NCBI GenBank assembly: GCA_050946275.1
Contig: JBMNUM010000005.1
Span: forward strand, 34,860 to 98,859
DNA length: 64,000 nucleotides
Direction of reading: 5' to 3'
Source: Coriobacteriales bacterium
GTDB taxonomy: Bacteria > Actinomycetota > Coriobacteriia > Coriobacteriales > CADBOM01
Part shown: positions 17,498 through 27,188 of the stretch, piece by piece
Position numbering within the stretch: position 1 is the stretch's first letter
Layout: each line of letters starts with the position of its first letter
Translations under genes and position numbers: made by a program
Notes under the pieces: model-generated
What the model was told of the DNA's origin: nothing
Database searches by the model: none
The model's input: only the letters and a program-made list of their open reading frames with translations

Positions 17498-17543
17498 TTG
17501 ACTCGGTCAGATAACCTACTTATAATCTGACTTGGTCAGATAA
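17498..17543 (+). promoter_or_regulatory. hsp20 promoter with two TGAC-N3-GTCA operator-like palindromes
   Basis: TTGACT (17498-17503), 17 nt, TATAAT (17521-17526). TGACTCGGTCAGATAA (17499-17514) overlaps the -35 element and TGACTTGGTCAGATAA (17528-17543) lies just after the -10 element. Confidence 0.6.
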
Positions 17544-17575
17544 ATATAGCACATACGACCTAAGGAGTGAGTGAC

Positions 17576-18013
17576 ATGTACGAGATTATGCCGATGACGA
17601 GAAAGCCGCATATCACGAGGACCTACAACCCGTTCGCCCTGTTCGACGAGCTCGAGAAGAGCTTCCTCGCTCAGCCGCAGGCACTGGGCTTCCGCACCGA
17701 TGTCAAGGATCTCGGCGATTCGATCGAGCTCACGGCCGAGCTTCCGGGCTTCGGCAAGGACCAGATCGACATCGAGGTCGAGGATGAGGTGCTCACCATC
17801 TCGGCCGAGCGCAAGAACGAGGTCGATGAGAAGGACGACGAGGGTAACTACCTGAGGCGCGAGCGCACGTACGGTTCCTATCAGAGGACCTTCAACGTCG
17901 CGAACATCGACGTCGATAAGATCGCGGTGACCTACACGGATGGCATCCTCAAGCTCGATATGCCGAAGAAGGAGGAGCCCAAGCCGGAAGTCAGGAAGCT
18001 CGAGATCTGCTAA
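17576..18013 (+). CDS. Hsp20/alpha-crystallin small heat-shock protein
   Basis: Alpha-crystallin domain (DVKDLGDSIELTAELPGFGKDQIDIEVEDEVLTISAER ... GILKLDMPK). AAGGAG lies 8 nt before the ATG at 17576. Confidence 0.9.
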   Translation: MYEIMPMTRKPHITRTYNPFALFDELEKSFLAQPQALGFRTDVKDLGDSIELTAELPGFGKDQIDIEVEDEVLTISAERKNEVDEKDDEGNYLRRERTYGSYQRTFNVANIDVDKIAVTYTDGILKLDMPKKEEPKPEVRKLEIC

Positions 18014-18065
18014 CGACCGGGCTCCACGTAATATGCCTACCCCTCATTTCTCCCTTCCTGTTGCT

Positions 18066-18104
18066 AGTGGGCCGGCGCGTAAGCGCCGGCCCACTGCCGT
18101 TTTC
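18066..18104 (+). terminator. intrinsic terminator after hsp20
   Basis: AGTGGGCCGGCGC-gtaa-GCGCCGGCCCACT followed by GCCGTTTTC. Confidence 0.65.
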
Positions 18105-18208
18105 GGCAGGGGAGAGACGATGCCGGGGCAGTTGTTTCGGCATGCCCGAAGCACTCGCAAAATTGTTTACGAATGCATATAATGGGTTAACCTAGCGAAA
18201 GGGCGGTC

Positions 18209-19858
18209 GTGAAAAGCAGTTCAACTCCCTCATACAGCATCGACGCCTCGTTCCCCAAGGTCACTCTGGCAATGCTGCGAGACTACCTTGGCGGCTTGAC
18301 GGTTCTCTCGGAGCCGGAGAAGGAGAAATGGCAGCTAAGGGGCTTCTTCGCGTTGCCGAGTAACGGCGAACCCGACTTCTCCGTCTCGCCGAGCCAGATA
18401 CTGTTCGTGAGCCTGAGCCGCGAGGCGCAGGAGTACATGGACCGCTACGAGCATTCGCCCTTCATCGTCGTCCATGATGGCGACGAGGCTCCGGATTGGA
18501 TCTCGGGTTCTCCTTATGTAGACCGTGCGCTCGTGCTGAAGAAGGATCGCGCCTACTCGTACATCCTGTTCCTCATCCAGGAGTTCTTCCTCAACATCAT
18601 GTTCTGGGCGCGGCGCATGGACGGCATCGCCCATCATTCCGGCTCCTTCCAAGACCTCATCGACGCGAGCGACGAAGTGCTCGAGAACTTCATCGCGCTC
18701 TCGGACAGCACGAACGTGCTGATGGCGCATTCAGCCGACCATGAGGCACCCGAGAAGCTCGGGCAGATGCTCGTCTCGCGCGGGTTCTACACGAGCCAGA
18801 TGATCTCCGCTCTCGAGATCGAGGAGGTCTCGAAGAACCATATGCCCAAGTTCGTGACGAGTCCTGATGGGAGCGGTGGGGAGATTCGCGTGTATTTCTT
18901 CCCGATCCGCCATCGTGGCACGCACTTCGGATATTGCATGATGGCCTGCGACAGGCTTCCCATGACCGATGGGCTCCGCGACTACGTGCAGCTCTTCCTC
19001 GATTGGACGGCGCAGCTGTGCGAGCGCGTGTGGCGCACGGAGATGGAGACGAAGAACCCGGTCAACATGTTCTTCATCAACATCCTCTCCGGCAAGGAGA
19101 TCAGCCCGAAGTACATAGACGACCATATCCACCTGCTCGGGCTGCCGGATAACCCGCAGTACAAGCTCGTGCTCATCAAGACGCCCCAGCATGCCCAGGG
19201 CGATGGCGTGATTCCGATGCTCGAGGCGGCGAAGGGCCTCAACGACGGGCGCTGCATCCCGTTCCGATATGGCGGAGACCTTCTCGCGCTCTTGTATGCG
19301 AATGGCGCTGAGGAGGGTCCGTTCTCGTTGAGTGCGGTCACCAAGGACGTTCACGAGATCATATGCGGCCCGTTCTCCACCTACGCTGCGACGTCGCAGG
19401 TCTTCGAGCGAATCGAGGATTTGGACCTCGCGTACAAGCAGGCGAACCTGTCGTGCGATTTCAAGGATGCCATCGACCGCGAGCACTCCATCGCGCCGGA
19501 TGCCAACCCCAAGTCGGTATACGCGTTCGAGGATGCGATCATCTATTATCTCATCGATGAGAAGAGCGAGAGCAGGTTCCGCGAGTTCACGTTCTCGAAT
19601 TCCTTCCTCGACAAGATCATCGCGCGCGACAAGGCAAACGGCACCAACGACTTCGCACTGCTCTTCGTGTACCTGAGCTGCGACTGCAATATCTCGCTCA
19701 CGGCGAAGCGCCTGTTCATGCATCGTAATACCGTGATCTACCACATCGACAAGATCAAGGAGACGTTCCTCCTCGACTTCAGCGACAAGGGAACGCGCGA
19801 CCGGTGCCTCGTCGACTATAAGATCAAGTTCCTCTCCGGCAGCAGTCCGACCGACTAG
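18209..19858 (+). CDS. PucR/CdaR-family transcriptional regulator
   Basis: 549 aa. C-terminal PucR-type HTH (TAKRLFMHRNTVIYHIDKIKE). Large N-terminal putative sensing region. Confidence 0.8.
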   Translation: MKSSSTPSYSIDASFPKVTLAMLRDYLGGLTVLSEPEKEKWQLRGFFALPSNGEPDFSVSPSQILFVSLSREAQEYMDRYEHSPFIVVHDGDEAPDWISGSPYVDRALVLKKDRAYSYILFLIQEFFLNIMFWARRMDGIAHHSGSFQDLIDASDEVLENFIALSDSTNVLMAHSADHEAPEKLGQMLVSRGFYTSQMISALEIEEVSKNHMPKFVTSPDGSGGEIRVYFFPIRHRGTHFGYCMMACDRLPMTDGLRDYVQLFLDWTAQLCERVWRTEMETKNPVNMFFINILSGKEISPKYIDDHIHLLGLPDNPQYKLVLIKTPQHAQGDGVIPMLEAAKGLNDGRCIPFRYGGDLLALLYANGAEEGPFSLSAVTKDVHEIICGPFSTYAATSQVFERIEDLDLAYKQANLSCDFKDAIDREHSIAPDANPKSVYAFEDAIIYYLIDEKSESRFREFTFSNSFLDKIIARDKANGTNDFALLFVYLSCDCNISLTAKRLFMHRNTVIYHIDKIKETFLLDFSDKGTRDRCLVDYKIKFLSGSSPTD

Positions 19859-19887
19859 TCCGGAAGGGGAGAGCTCTCCCCCAAAGA

Positions 19888-19943
19888 CGAACAAGTGTTC
19901 GATATTGTGTAACTACGTTCGAACAGTATCGAACAGTTGTTCG
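19888..19943. promoter_or_regulatory. two LexA (Cheo/SOS) box-like palindromes CGAAC-N4-GTTCG
   Basis: CGAACAAGTGTTCGA at 19888-19902 and CGAACAGTTGTTCG at 19930-19943, with centres 42 bp apart. An additional GTTCGAAC sits at 19917-19924. TATAT follows the second box. Confidence 0.5.
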
Positions 19944-20684
19944 TATATGGTTGTATGTGGAAGCGAACGCGGCAGGTATCGCGGATGATGCGTTAGGAAG
20001 GGTCTGCAGAGTCGGTCGATACGCGATGCCGGGTACCGATGGGTTTGCAAGGCTTGCAGCTGAGCGGATTGTTGGACGAGGCGTGCTGATGAATCCGTCG
20101 GCCGCGATGCCCGGGATTGGAACCTTGGCATGCAGGCGCAAGATGGAATCTGAGGTGCTGGGCGTTGGCTGGCTATCACGGCAACGAATGCAGCTTGGTC
20201 GATGCAGTTGAGCCGACAGCCTGCGCGTAAACGCCTCAGAATCACCCGATTTCGCGAACTGGTATTCAAGCCGATTTTGGACAGGGCCTTAGAATCGATT
20301 TGAGAGCCTCGGTTTTCGAGGGCGCCATGAAGTCCGAGGAGAGACGTCGCGGCCTCGGGGTTTCAGAACTGAGTTGAATCCACGAAAGGAATCGATGGCG
20401 GGAAGAGCGCCGATCTAGCGGCGAAACGCCGACGGGAAATCCGAGGTGCAGAGAATCGGAAGCGTGCAAGTTGGCATCGACATGTAGCGTGAAGTCGAAA
20501 GAGAAGAACCACGCGCGTGAACGCGCTGCACTTCTGAATCTGCGAAACCGCACTTTCCAGCACTGCATTGCGATTGCCCTTAACGGCAATATAAGTCTGA
20601 TAATATATCTTATGTAAAGTTACGAATTTGGACGATATGCGGGTATTTTAGAGGTCTCTCCCCTCGAAGAGGTAATTACAGGTG

Positions 20685-20705
20685 GCGAATCAACGGTTGA
20701 TTCGC
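20685..20705. repeat. perfect 21-bp palindrome
   Basis: GCGAATCAAC-G-GTTGATTCGC, in an ORF-free region. Confidence 0.7.
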
Positions 20706-20854
20706 GCTGTCGGCTATGGGAGCCTGCGGGCCTGCGACGGTCTCGATATAGATTGCGCTTTGCCGGGCAACCGACTGCCCGCCCCTTCTCGCTCTGCGCC
20801 GAGGTTGGTTTCACGAAGATCGTGTGCTCGCGGATAGTGGAGATGTTAGAGGGG

Positions 20855-21062
20855 TCAGCAAACCCGCATTCCGGTAAGCGATGTGGGGTTTGCTGATTGC
20901 GCTCGCGTCCTCTGGAGTCAGCAAGCCCGCAATCCGGCCGGCGCTGTGGGGTTTGCTGATTGCCCCTGCGTCCTCTGGAGTCAGCAAACCCGCAATCCGG
21001 CCGGCGATGTGGGGTTTGCTGATTGCCCCTGCGTCCTCTGGAGTCGGCAAACCCGCAATCTT
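20855..21062. repeat. 63-bp tandem repeat, 3.3 copies, each unit an internal hairpin
   Basis: Units at 20855-20917, 20918-20980 and 20981-21043, plus a partial unit from 21044. Units 2 and 3 differ at 2 of 63 positions. Each unit contains TCAGCAAACCC ... GGGGTTTGCTGA. Confidence 0.9.
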
Positions 21063-21186
21063 TGATAATTCGTCCTCGCCTCGACCATCCCAGCGCGCTG
21101 GCGCTGTGTGCTACGGCGTCATGCCCTGACGGATAGCGCACCGCTTCTTCTCGGCCCTGCTTTTCGCAATCGTTCGCACTTGACAA

Positions 21187-21217
21187 GAAGGCCCCGAGCT
21201 TTTCGCCCGGGGCCTTC
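21187..21217 (-). terminator. stem-loop downstream of the MFS gene
   Basis: GAAGGCCCCG-N11-CGGGGCCTTC, a 10-bp perfect stem. Confidence 0.5.
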
Positions 21218-21245
21218 CGTTGCGGGTATGTTGTTTCCCCTACCC

Positions 21246-22514
21246 TTACTTGGCCTCGTGGGCAGCGCGACGCTCCTCGAGAACCTTGAGGCTCTTGTTG
21301 AACATCTTGGAGAACGGGATGCAGTCGAGCACGGCGATGATCGCGAGGACGACGAGCACCACGAAGATGGCCTGGCGGGCATCGGCACCGCAGGCAGCCT
21401 GGATGACAAGGTTCAGGATCGAGCCGAACACGATGGCGAAGTTGATGACCGAAAGGTTGAACGGGTAGTTCTTCGCACCGAAGCGCGTGCGGGCGAACGC
21501 GGAGGCGACAACCGGGACGCCACCGTAGCAGAAGCCGCACAGCAGAGCGCCGACAACGTAGATGACCGGGATGCTGCCGCGCAGGGCAAGGGCGATGCAC
21601 ACGGTTGCGACGAGCGCGACGATGGCACCCACGAACATCGTGGTCTTGACGTTGGTCTTGTCATAGACGAGACCGAAGACGATGCGGGAAAGACCGTTGC
21701 AGGTGGAGACGAGGCCGACGAGCAGCGTGGCGAAGCCGGTGTCCCAGCCGACGAGCTGAGCATCGTTGGCGCAGTTGCCGATGGTGGCAAGGCCGATGCC
21801 GATGACGATGATGGCCCACACCCAGTAGACGTAGAACAGCGGGGTCTTGAGCGGCTTGTCCTCGTCCGCGGGATCGTAGCCGGAGCCGGTGACCGCGTCG
21901 GGAACCATGACCTGCACGATGTCCTTCGGAGGACGGCGCAGGAACAGTGCGGTGATGATGGCGATGACGCCGCCGACGATACCGATGATCGTGAAGACGA
22001 GCGACAGGCTCATGCCGCCGCGATACAGGTTGACGCCAAGCGTACCGAAGATGAGCGAGCCGATGCCGAAGCCCATCATCAGGATGCCGGACGAGAAGCC
22101 GACCTTGTCCGGGAACCACACGTTCGTCGTGGCGACGATCGTGTTGTAGCCGATGCCGACGCCGATACCGGCGATGATGCCGTAGAAGACGTAGACGATG
22201 GCGATGTTGCCGTGCGCCAGGAACGCCGTGCCGATGAAGCCGATGGCGAACATGAGCGCGGCGATGATGAGCGCGCCCTTGACCCCTACCTTTTTATCGA
22301 CGACGGAACCGCCTACGCAGCCTATGCAGAACATGATCATCATGATGTTGAACGTGAGGCCGATCTGGGACTTCTCGAGTCCGAAGAACTCGCACATCGG
22401 TGCGGCGAACATCGAGAACGCGTAGATCAGTCCGAGGAAGAGCAGGGTGATCGTCGACAGGACGAGATACACCATCCTCTTCGATTTAATCTGCGAAACT
22501 GACAGGTCTGACAT
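21246..22514 (-). CDS. MFS transporter, oxalate/formate antiporter (OFA)-like
   Basis: About 12 predicted TM segments. OFA-like N-terminus (VYLVLSTITLLFLGLIYAFSMFAAPM). The ATG at 22514 is preferred over the longer track ORF. Confidence 0.85.
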   Translation of the reverse strand: MSDLSVSQIKSKRMVYLVLSTITLLFLGLIYAFSMFAAPMCEFFGLEKSQIGLTFNIMMIMFCIGCVGGSVVDKKVGVKGALIIAALMFAIGFIGTAFLAHGNIAIVYVFYGIIAGIGVGIGYNTIVATTNVWFPDKVGFSSGILMMGFGIGSLIFGTLGVNLYRGGMSLSLVFTIIGIVGGVIAIITALFLRRPPKDIVQVMVPDAVTGSGYDPADEDKPLKTPLFYVYWVWAIIVIGIGLATIGNCANDAQLVGWDTGFATLLVGLVSTCNGLSRIVFGLVYDKTNVKTTMFVGAIVALVATVCIALALRGSIPVIYVVGALLCGFCYGGVPVVASAFARTRFGAKNYPFNLSVINFAIVFGSILNLVIQAACGADARQAIFVVLVVLAIIAVLDCIPFSKMFNKSLKVLEERRAAHEAK

Positions 22515-22730
22515 CTTTCCATCACTCCTCGTACATCTCGGCACCACAAGACACCCCCACCCTGTCCGATTGGTGCCAGGGCCTTACTCAAAAGCAATTG
22601 ATCGGGGTTCGTTGTAAACGTGCTCACACAAATTGCCACAGGCAAGTATAGAGGACAACACAATATCTCCACAGGTGCGCGACCCCTCGCTCCCGTGGAA
22701 TCCGCGCATGATGCCATGAACGGCAGAGCC

Positions 22731-22765
22731 AAAAAAGCGGAACGCTCCCCGGAGGAGCGTTCCGC
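22731..22765 (-). terminator. intrinsic terminator after leuS
   Basis: On the minus strand: GCGGAACGCTCC-tccg-GGAGCGTTCCGC followed by TTTTTT. Confidence 0.75.
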
Positions 22766-22818
22766 AAGTTATACGTGCCTATCGATTCGAGCGCTCTGTG
22801 GAGGAGCGTTCCGCTCCC

Positions 22819-25380
22819 CTACTTCGCGACGATGTTCACGAGCTTTCCGGGGACGTAGATCTCCTTCTTGATGTCCTTGCCGGCGATCTGCTCGGCGACG
22901 AGCTCCTTGCCGAGCGCGATGGCATCTGCGGCCGCGATCTCGGCATCCACGTCTGCGCGGGCCTTGATCTTGCCGTTGACCTGGATGACGATCTCGATCG
23001 TGTCGGCCTTGGCGAGCGCCGGGTCGAACTCGGGCCACGGCTCGGCCTGCACCGAGTTCTCCTGGGCCAGCACGCCGTGCCACAGCTCCTCCGCGAAATG
23101 AGGGGCGATCGGCGAGATGAGCAGCGTGAGGTTGCGCGCGACCTCGGTGCACAGGGCCGCATCGCGGGAAGCGACGGGCACCTTGAGGTACGCGGTCGTG
23201 GCATTGACGAGCTCCATGAGCGCGGCGATCGCCGTGTTGAAGCCGAAGCGCTCCATGTCGTCGGTCACCTTGCCGATGACGCGGTGCATCTCGCGCGTGA
23301 GGTCCGCGGCCGCCTTCGCCGGGTCGAGGCTCTCATTCGTCTCAGGAGCGGTGTCGTCCTCGATTCCGCTCAGGAGGTGCACCGTGCGCCAAACGCGGTT
23401 CAGGAAGCGCCACATGCCCTCCAGGCCGTCGTTGTTCCACAGCAGGTCCTTGTCGGGCGGGGCCATGAACAGGATGTAGGCTCGCACGGCATCGGCGCCG
23501 TACTTGGCGATCATGTCCTCGGGCGCGATGACGTTGCCCTTGGACTTGCTCATCGTCTCGCCGTGCTCGTCCTTGACCATTCCCTGGCACAGCAGGTTTG
23601 TGAAGGGCTCGTCGAAGTCGAGCAGCTCGAGGTCGCGGCAGACCTTCGTGAAGAACCGGCTGTATAGCAGATGCAGGATCGCGTGCTCGATGCCGCCGAT
23701 GTACTGGTCGACGGGCAGGTAGCGGTTCACCTTGTCGCGGGCGAACGGAGCCTCGGCGTTATGCGGGTCCGTGTAGCGCAGGTAGTACCAGCTCGAGCAT
23801 GTGAACGTGTCCATCGTGTCCGTCTCGCGACGTGCGGGCTTGCCGCACTTCGGGCACGTGCACTTGACGAACTCGGGATGCTCGGCGAGCGTCTCCCCCG
23901 CCGCCAGGTCGATGTCCTCGGGGAGCCTGACCGGCAGGTCCTCGACGGGCACGGGCACGACGCCGCAGTCGTCGCAGTGGATGGCGGGAATCGGATTGCC
24001 CCAATAGCGCTGGCGCGAGATGAGCCAGTCGCGGAGGCGGAACTGCACGGCCTTCTTGCCGAGGCCGGCAGCCTCGAGGTCGGCCATGATGGCATCGACG
24101 GCCGGAGAATGCTTGCCGCCGACCATGCCGGTGTACTTGCCGGATTGCACGAGGATACCCTCGGCCTCGTAGGCCTGCGGCCAGTCGACGGAGGTCACCT
24201 TGCGCTCGGTGACGCCGTTCAGCTCGCCGAACAGCGGGTCGTCCTCGCCGAGGATGATCGGGATGATGGGCAGGTCGTACTTGCGCGCGAACTCGAAGTC
24301 GCGCTGGTCGCCGCACGGCACGGCCATGACCGCGCCGGTGCCGTAGTCGGAGATGACGTAGTCGGCCACCCAGACGGGCACCTTCTCACCGTTGATGGGG
24401 TTGATGACGTAGAGGCCCGTGAACGCGCCATGCTTCTCGCGGTCGCCCTGGGCACGCTCGACGGCGCTCACCTTCTCGGCGTCCTCGACGACCTTGCGCA
24501 CGTCGGCCTCGTATTCGGTGCCCTCGACCATCTCCAGCAGGCCCTTGTAGTCCGGGGCGAGCAGGAAGAAGCTGCAGCCGAAGAGCGTGTCGGCGCGCGT
24601 CGTGAAGACGGTGATCTTCTCGCCCGTCGCCTCCCCCGCCGCGTCGCACAGCTCGAAGTCGACCTCGGCGCCCTCGGAGCGGCCGATCCAGTTGGCCTGC
24701 ATCTGCTTGACGCGCTCGGGCCAGCCTTCCAGCTTGTCGAGGTCGTCGAGCAGCTCCTGGGCGTACTCGGTGATCTTGAAGTACCACTGCGTGAACTCGC
24801 GCTTCTCGACAACGGTGTCGCAGCGCCAGCACTTGCCGTCGATGACCTGCTCGTTGGCGAGCACGGTACCGCAGTCGGAGCACCAGTTCACCGGCGACGC
24901 CTTGCGCTCGACGAGACCGCGCTCCCAGAACTTCTCGAAGATCCACTGGCCCCAGCGGTAGTACTCGGGGTCGCAGGCGACGACTGTGCGGTCCCAGTCG
25001 TACGAGAAGCCCATGCGCTTGAAGCTCGCGAGCTGCGTGTCGATGTTCTTGTACGTCCACGTGGCGGGATGGCTCTTGTTCTTGATGGCCGCGTTCTCCG
25101 CGGGGAGGCCGAACGCGTCCCAGCCCATCGGGTGCAGCACGTCGAAGCCGCGCATCTTGGCGTAGCGGGCGATGACGTCGCCGATGGAGTAGTTGCGCAC
25201 GTGGCCCATGTGGATGTCGCCCGAGGGGTACGGGAACATCTCGAGGACGTACTTCTTGGGTTTATCGCGGTCCTCTGCGAACGTGAACGCGCCCTCGCGC
25301 TCCCAGATCTCCTGCCATTTGGGCTCGATGTCGAGCGGTTTGTACTCTGGAATCAACGTTTCCTCCTGATGGTCTGACAT
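22819..25380 (-). CDS. leuS: leucine--tRNA ligase
   Basis: 853 aa. HIGH-type motif (HMGHVRNY), KMSKS-type motif (TMSKSKGN), CP1 editing domain. Confidence 0.97.
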   Translation of the reverse strand: MSDHQEETLIPEYKPLDIEPKWQEIWEREGAFTFAEDRDKPKKYVLEMFPYPSGDIHMGHVRNYSIGDVIARYAKMRGFDVLHPMGWDAFGLPAENAAIKNKSHPATWTYKNIDTQLASFKRMGFSYDWDRTVVACDPEYYRWGQWIFEKFWERGLVERKASPVNWCSDCGTVLANEQVIDGKCWRCDTVVEKREFTQWYFKITEYAQELLDDLDKLEGWPERVKQMQANWIGRSEGAEVDFELCDAAGEATGEKITVFTTRADTLFGCSFFLLAPDYKGLLEMVEGTEYEADVRKVVEDAEKVSAVERAQGDREKHGAFTGLYVINPINGEKVPVWVADYVISDYGTGAVMAVPCGDQRDFEFARKYDLPIIPIILGEDDPLFGELNGVTERKVTSVDWPQAYEAEGILVQSGKYTGMVGGKHSPAVDAIMADLEAAGLGKKAVQFRLRDWLISRQRYWGNPIPAIHCDDCGVVPVPVEDLPVRLPEDIDLAAGETLAEHPEFVKCTCPKCGKPARRETDTMDTFTCSSWYYLRYTDPHNAEAPFARDKVNRYLPVDQYIGGIEHAILHLLYSRFFTKVCRDLELLDFDEPFTNLLCQGMVKDEHGETMSKSKGNVIAPEDMIAKYGADAVRAYILFMAPPDKDLLWNNDGLEGMWRFLNRVWRTVHLLSGIEDDTAPETNESLDPAKAAADLTREMHRVIGKVTDDMERFGFNTAIAALMELVNATTAYLKVPVASRDAALCTEVARNLTLLISPIAPHFAEELWHGVLAQENSVQAEPWPEFDPALAKADTIEIVIQVNGKIKARADVDAEIAAADAIALGKELVAEQIAGKDIKKEIYVPGKLVNIVAK

Positions 25381-25443
25381 GAATCGCGGGGGCTGGCTTG
25401 CCGCGCGCCCCCGCGTATGGTGCCTTCGTCTACAAATGGCGGC

Positions 25444-26967
25444 CTATCTGAACGACGCGGCCGAGGCCGTCGCCGAGTCCTTGAGCAGGACGTCGTGGCT
25501 GCTGCCCTCGACGATCGAGGTCGAGGAGATGAGCGTGAGCTTCGCCTTCTCCTGGAACTCGGGAATCGTGATGGCGCCGCAGCTGCACATCGTGGCCTTC
25601 ATCTTCGTGAGCGTCGCGGTGACGTTCTCCTTGAGCGAGCCGGCGTAGGGCACGTACGAATCGACGCCCTCCTCGAACATGAGGCCGCCGCCCTTGCCGC
25701 CGTGGTCGTAGCGCTGCCAGTTGCGGGCACGGGCCGAACCCTCGCCCCAGTACTCCTTCATGTAGCTGCCGTTGATGCTCACGCGGGCCGTGGGGCTCTC
25801 GTCGAAGCGCGCGAAGTAGCGGCCGAGCATGCAGAAGTCGGCGCCCATCGCGAGCGCGAGCGTCATATGCTGGTCGTAGACCATGCCGCCGTCGGAGCAG
25901 ATCGGCACGTAGATGCCCGTCTCCTTGAAGTACTCGTCGCGGGCCCTGGCAACGTCGATGATGGCGCTGGCCTGGCCGCGGCCGATGCCCTTCTGCTCGC
26001 GGGTGATGCAGATGGAGCCGCCGCCGATGCCCACCTTGACGAAGTCCGCTCCGCAATCGACGAGGAAGCGGAAGCCCTCGGCGTCGACCACGTTGCCGGC
26101 GCCGACCTTGACGGTGTCGCCGTAGTGCTCGCGGATCCACGCGAGGGTGATCTTCTGCCACTCGGTGAAGCCCTCGGAGGAGTCGATGCACAGCACATCG
26201 GCACCCGCCTCGATCAGCGCGGGGACGCGCTCGGCGAAGTCGCGGGTGTTGATGCCGGCGCCGACCATGTAGCGCTTGTGGGCGTCGAGGAGCTCGTTGG
26301 GGTTCTCCTTGTGGGAGTCGTAGTCCTTGCGGAACACCATGTAGAGCAGATGGTCGTCGTCATCGACGATGGGCAGCGCGTTGAGGCGGTGGTCCCAGAT
26401 GATGTCGTTTGCCTCTTTGAGCGTGGTCTCCTTGCTCGCGACGACGAGCTTCTCGCGCGGCGTCATGAAGTCGCGCACCAGCTCGTCGCCCGTCATGCGC
26501 GAGGGGCGATAGTCGCGGCTCGTAACGATGCCGAGGATCTTGCCGTGAGCCGTGCCGTCATCGGTGACGGGCATGGTCGAATGGCCCGAGGCGGCCTTGA
26601 GCTCGATGACGTCCCTGAGCGTCATGTCCGGGGAGATGTTGGAGTCGCTCACGACGAAGCCCGCCTTGTAGTCCTTGACACGTGCGACCATGGCGGCCTC
26701 GTTCTCGATGGTCTGCGAACCGTAGATGAAGGAGAGGCCTCCCTCGGTCGCCAGCGCGATCGCCATCCGGTCGTCCGAGACGGACTGCATGATGGCGGAG
26801 ACCATGGGGATCGCGAGGTGCAGCGGGCACTCCTCCTCGCCCTTGCGGTACTTGACGAGGGGCACCTCGAGGCTCACCCTATCCGGCGTGCAATCCGCCG
26901 AGGAATAACCCGGCACGAGCAGGTACTCGTTGAACGTGTGTGCGGTTTCCGGATAGAAGTAAGCCAT
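25444..26967 (-). CDS. guaB: IMP dehydrogenase
   Basis: 507 aa. CBS pair insertion and active-site loop [12 protein letters not shown]. Confidence 0.95.
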   Translation of the reverse strand: MAYFYPETAHTFNEYLLVPGYSSADCTPDRVSLEVPLVKYRKGEEECPLHLAIPMVSAIMQSVSDDRMAIALATEGGLSFIYGSQTIENEAAMVARVKDYKAGFVVSDSNISPDMTLRDVIELKAASGHSTMPVTDDGTAHGKILGIVTSRDYRPSRMTGDELVRDFMTPREKLVVASKETTLKEANDIIWDHRLNALPIVDDDDHLLYMVFRKDYDSHKENPNELLDAHKRYMVGAGINTRDFAERVPALIEAGADVLCIDSSEGFTEWQKITLAWIREHYGDTVKVGAGNVVDAEGFRFLVDCGADFVKVGIGGGSICITREQKGIGRGQASAIIDVARARDEYFKETGIYVPICSDGGMVYDQHMTLALAMGADFCMLGRYFARFDESPTARVSINGSYMKEYWGEGSARARNWQRYDHGGKGGGLMFEEGVDSYVPYAGSLKENVTATLTKMKATMCSCGAITIPEFQEKAKLTLISSTSIVEGSSHDVLLKDSATASAASFR

Positions 26968-27121
26968 CGTTCCCCCTCTGTGTCACTGGCGTTTCTGCGT
27001 CGTTAGATAAATTTTATCCATACTACCAAATTCCCCGTGTGAAATGGCGTGTGAAAGGGGTGGCTAGGCGGTACCGATGTGTTAGTGGGAGTCGAAGGCG
27101 GAACACTCCTCTGTAGAGCGT

Positions 27122-27163
27122 TCCAAAATAGAAAACGGCCGCATGTTCTTTGACATGCGGCCG
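27122..27163 (-). terminator. intrinsic terminator after hom
   Basis: On the minus strand: CGGCCGCATGT-caaaga-ACATGCGGCCG followed by TTTTCTATTTT. Confidence 0.75.
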
Positions 27164-27188
27164 CTTTCGATTCTGGATGTCCTGGGCC

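Noticed and set aside
19951-20211. 86-aa + strand ORF downstream of the LexA-like boxes, as the SOS-regulated gene
   Set aside because: It has a TTG start without a Shine-Dalgarno, an Ala/Gly/Arg-rich composition and no recognisable fold or hydrophobic toxin-like segment. It is kept only as a possibility in the finding and is not called as a CDS.
20855-21062. Possible CRISPR array (regular repeats in a non-coding region)
   Set aside because: The 63-bp units are contiguous and nearly identical along their whole length. There are no unique spacers between the repeats and no cas genes in the window.
25381-25443. T-box leaders upstream of leuS or argS
   Set aside because: The leuS upstream gap is only 63 nt (directly after the guaB stop) and the argS leader is short. 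Neither has room for a ~200-nt T-box or contains the conserved T-box sequence.
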